A stretch of 64,000 nucleotides of DNA, from NCBI GenBank assembly GCA_966243015.1, contig CBIMES010000001.1, positions 214,837-278,836 of the forward strand, given 5' to 3'. Below are positions 63,487 through 64,000 of the stretch, piece after piece. A program made the position numbers and the translations under genes. The notes under the pieces are model-generated. The model had not been told where the DNA came from. It saw only the letters and a list, made by a program, of their open reading frames with translations, and made no database searches. The DNA is from an uncultured bacterium. Its GTDB lineage: Bacteria > Patescibacteriota > Minisyncoccia > Phycocordibacterales > UBA6065. Each line of letters opens with the position of its first letter. Positions within the stretch are counted from its first letter, which is position 1.

Positions 63487-64000
63487 ATGAAATCACACGC
63501 GTCAGCTCAAACGTCAGTTCTCGAAGAGGATCCCCCGTCATGCGGCGGCGACCTCCAGGAAATCATGTTGATGGGGGCCTCCGTGGCCGACGTCTTCCAG
63601 ACCAGGGGACTTGGTGTGTCCGCCTGTATCACTGCCCCGGATGGCACGAGGCTCAACTACAGGGGCACTCTCTGCGATCTTGGCAATGAACCCGAGTGCC
63701 CTCGCGCCTCGTTTCCGTTCGGCGAAATCGTTCGCATCATGAGAGGCCCGACCAGGATGGCCCTCTCGGTTCGAGGGGCGCGCATGAGGCTTGCCGGCGA
63801 GATACGCGCCAAGCACCCCGTGTCATTGTCACTCAAGACGAGTGGCCTCCGCCTCGAGATGCCCCTGGGCATGCGAGACGGGTCGCGATTCTTGGTCTGC
63901 GCAAGCATGAGGCCCGCGACTCCTGCCACCGGCAGCTGCTCCGAGTGCCCCTACTTCGTGCAGTCTGACGAGGTGTCGAAGGCCCGCGCCGACGGCGAGA
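63487..64000 (+). CDS. hypothetical Cys-rich protein, 5' part only (continues past the window end)
   Basis: Hand-found open frame from ATG 63487 (MKSHASAQTSVLEEDPPSCGGDLQ…) with no stop to nt 64000. It is not in the ORF track. Host-like GC3. Confidence 0.4.
   Translation, partial: MKSHASAQTSVLEEDPPSCGGDLQEIMLMGASVADVFQTRGLGVSACITAPDGTRLNYRGTLCDLGNEPECPRASFPFGEIVRIMRGPTRMALSVRGARMRLAGEIRAKHPVSLSLKTSGLRLEMPLGMRDGSRFLVCASMRPATPATGSCSECPYFVQSDEVSKARADGE

Overview
Annotation of a high-GC (~60%), gene-dense bacterial chromosomal window, mostly housekeeping genes with several accessory islands, plus observations that merit a second look. Identifiable genes include GDP-fucose synthase (partial), a GatB/YqeY-domain protein, RmuC, ribosomal proteins L21, L9 and L27, GAPDH, RpiB, an Rpe-like epimerase, a two-gene (split) transketolase, RecR, DnaB, CysS, GluRS, an archaeal-type AspRS, TrpRS, CtpA, MurG, FtsW, a PBP5-like DD-carboxypeptidase, ScpA/ScpB, a PgeF/YfiH-family protein and two DnaQ-like exonucleases. 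Accessory content: a glycosylation locus (GT4, GT2 polyprenol-phosphate GT, GT-C membrane GT). At least six paralogous type IV pilin-like genes in four loci, four of them carrying LamG/ConA-like domains, sharing a nearly identical 5' coding segment. Two giant secreted proteins (~1840 aa and 1242 aa) that both end in a peptidoglycan-binding (PG_binding_1-like) domain. Two M23 peptidases and an M16-like peptidase on an AT-rich islet. Several orphan genes flanked by AT-rich DNA. Small genome-like traits (split tkt, many pilins, giant surface proteins) are reminiscent of CPR/Patescibacteria, but the phylum cannot be established from sequence alone. Non-coding highlights: a T-box leader (AGGGUGGCACCGCG plus an 18-bp terminator) upstream of aspS. 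A ~400-nt apparently non-coding transcript on the minus strand, bounded by a full consensus promoter and an intrinsic terminator. A recurrent promoter architecture: extended -10 TGnTAnAAT/TATACT placed 6-8 nt upstream of ATG, implying widespread leaderless mRNAs and back-to-back divergent -10 boxes. A tRNA-like element that does not fold canonically. Coordinates not taken from the ORF track were read by eye and may be off by 1-2 nt.
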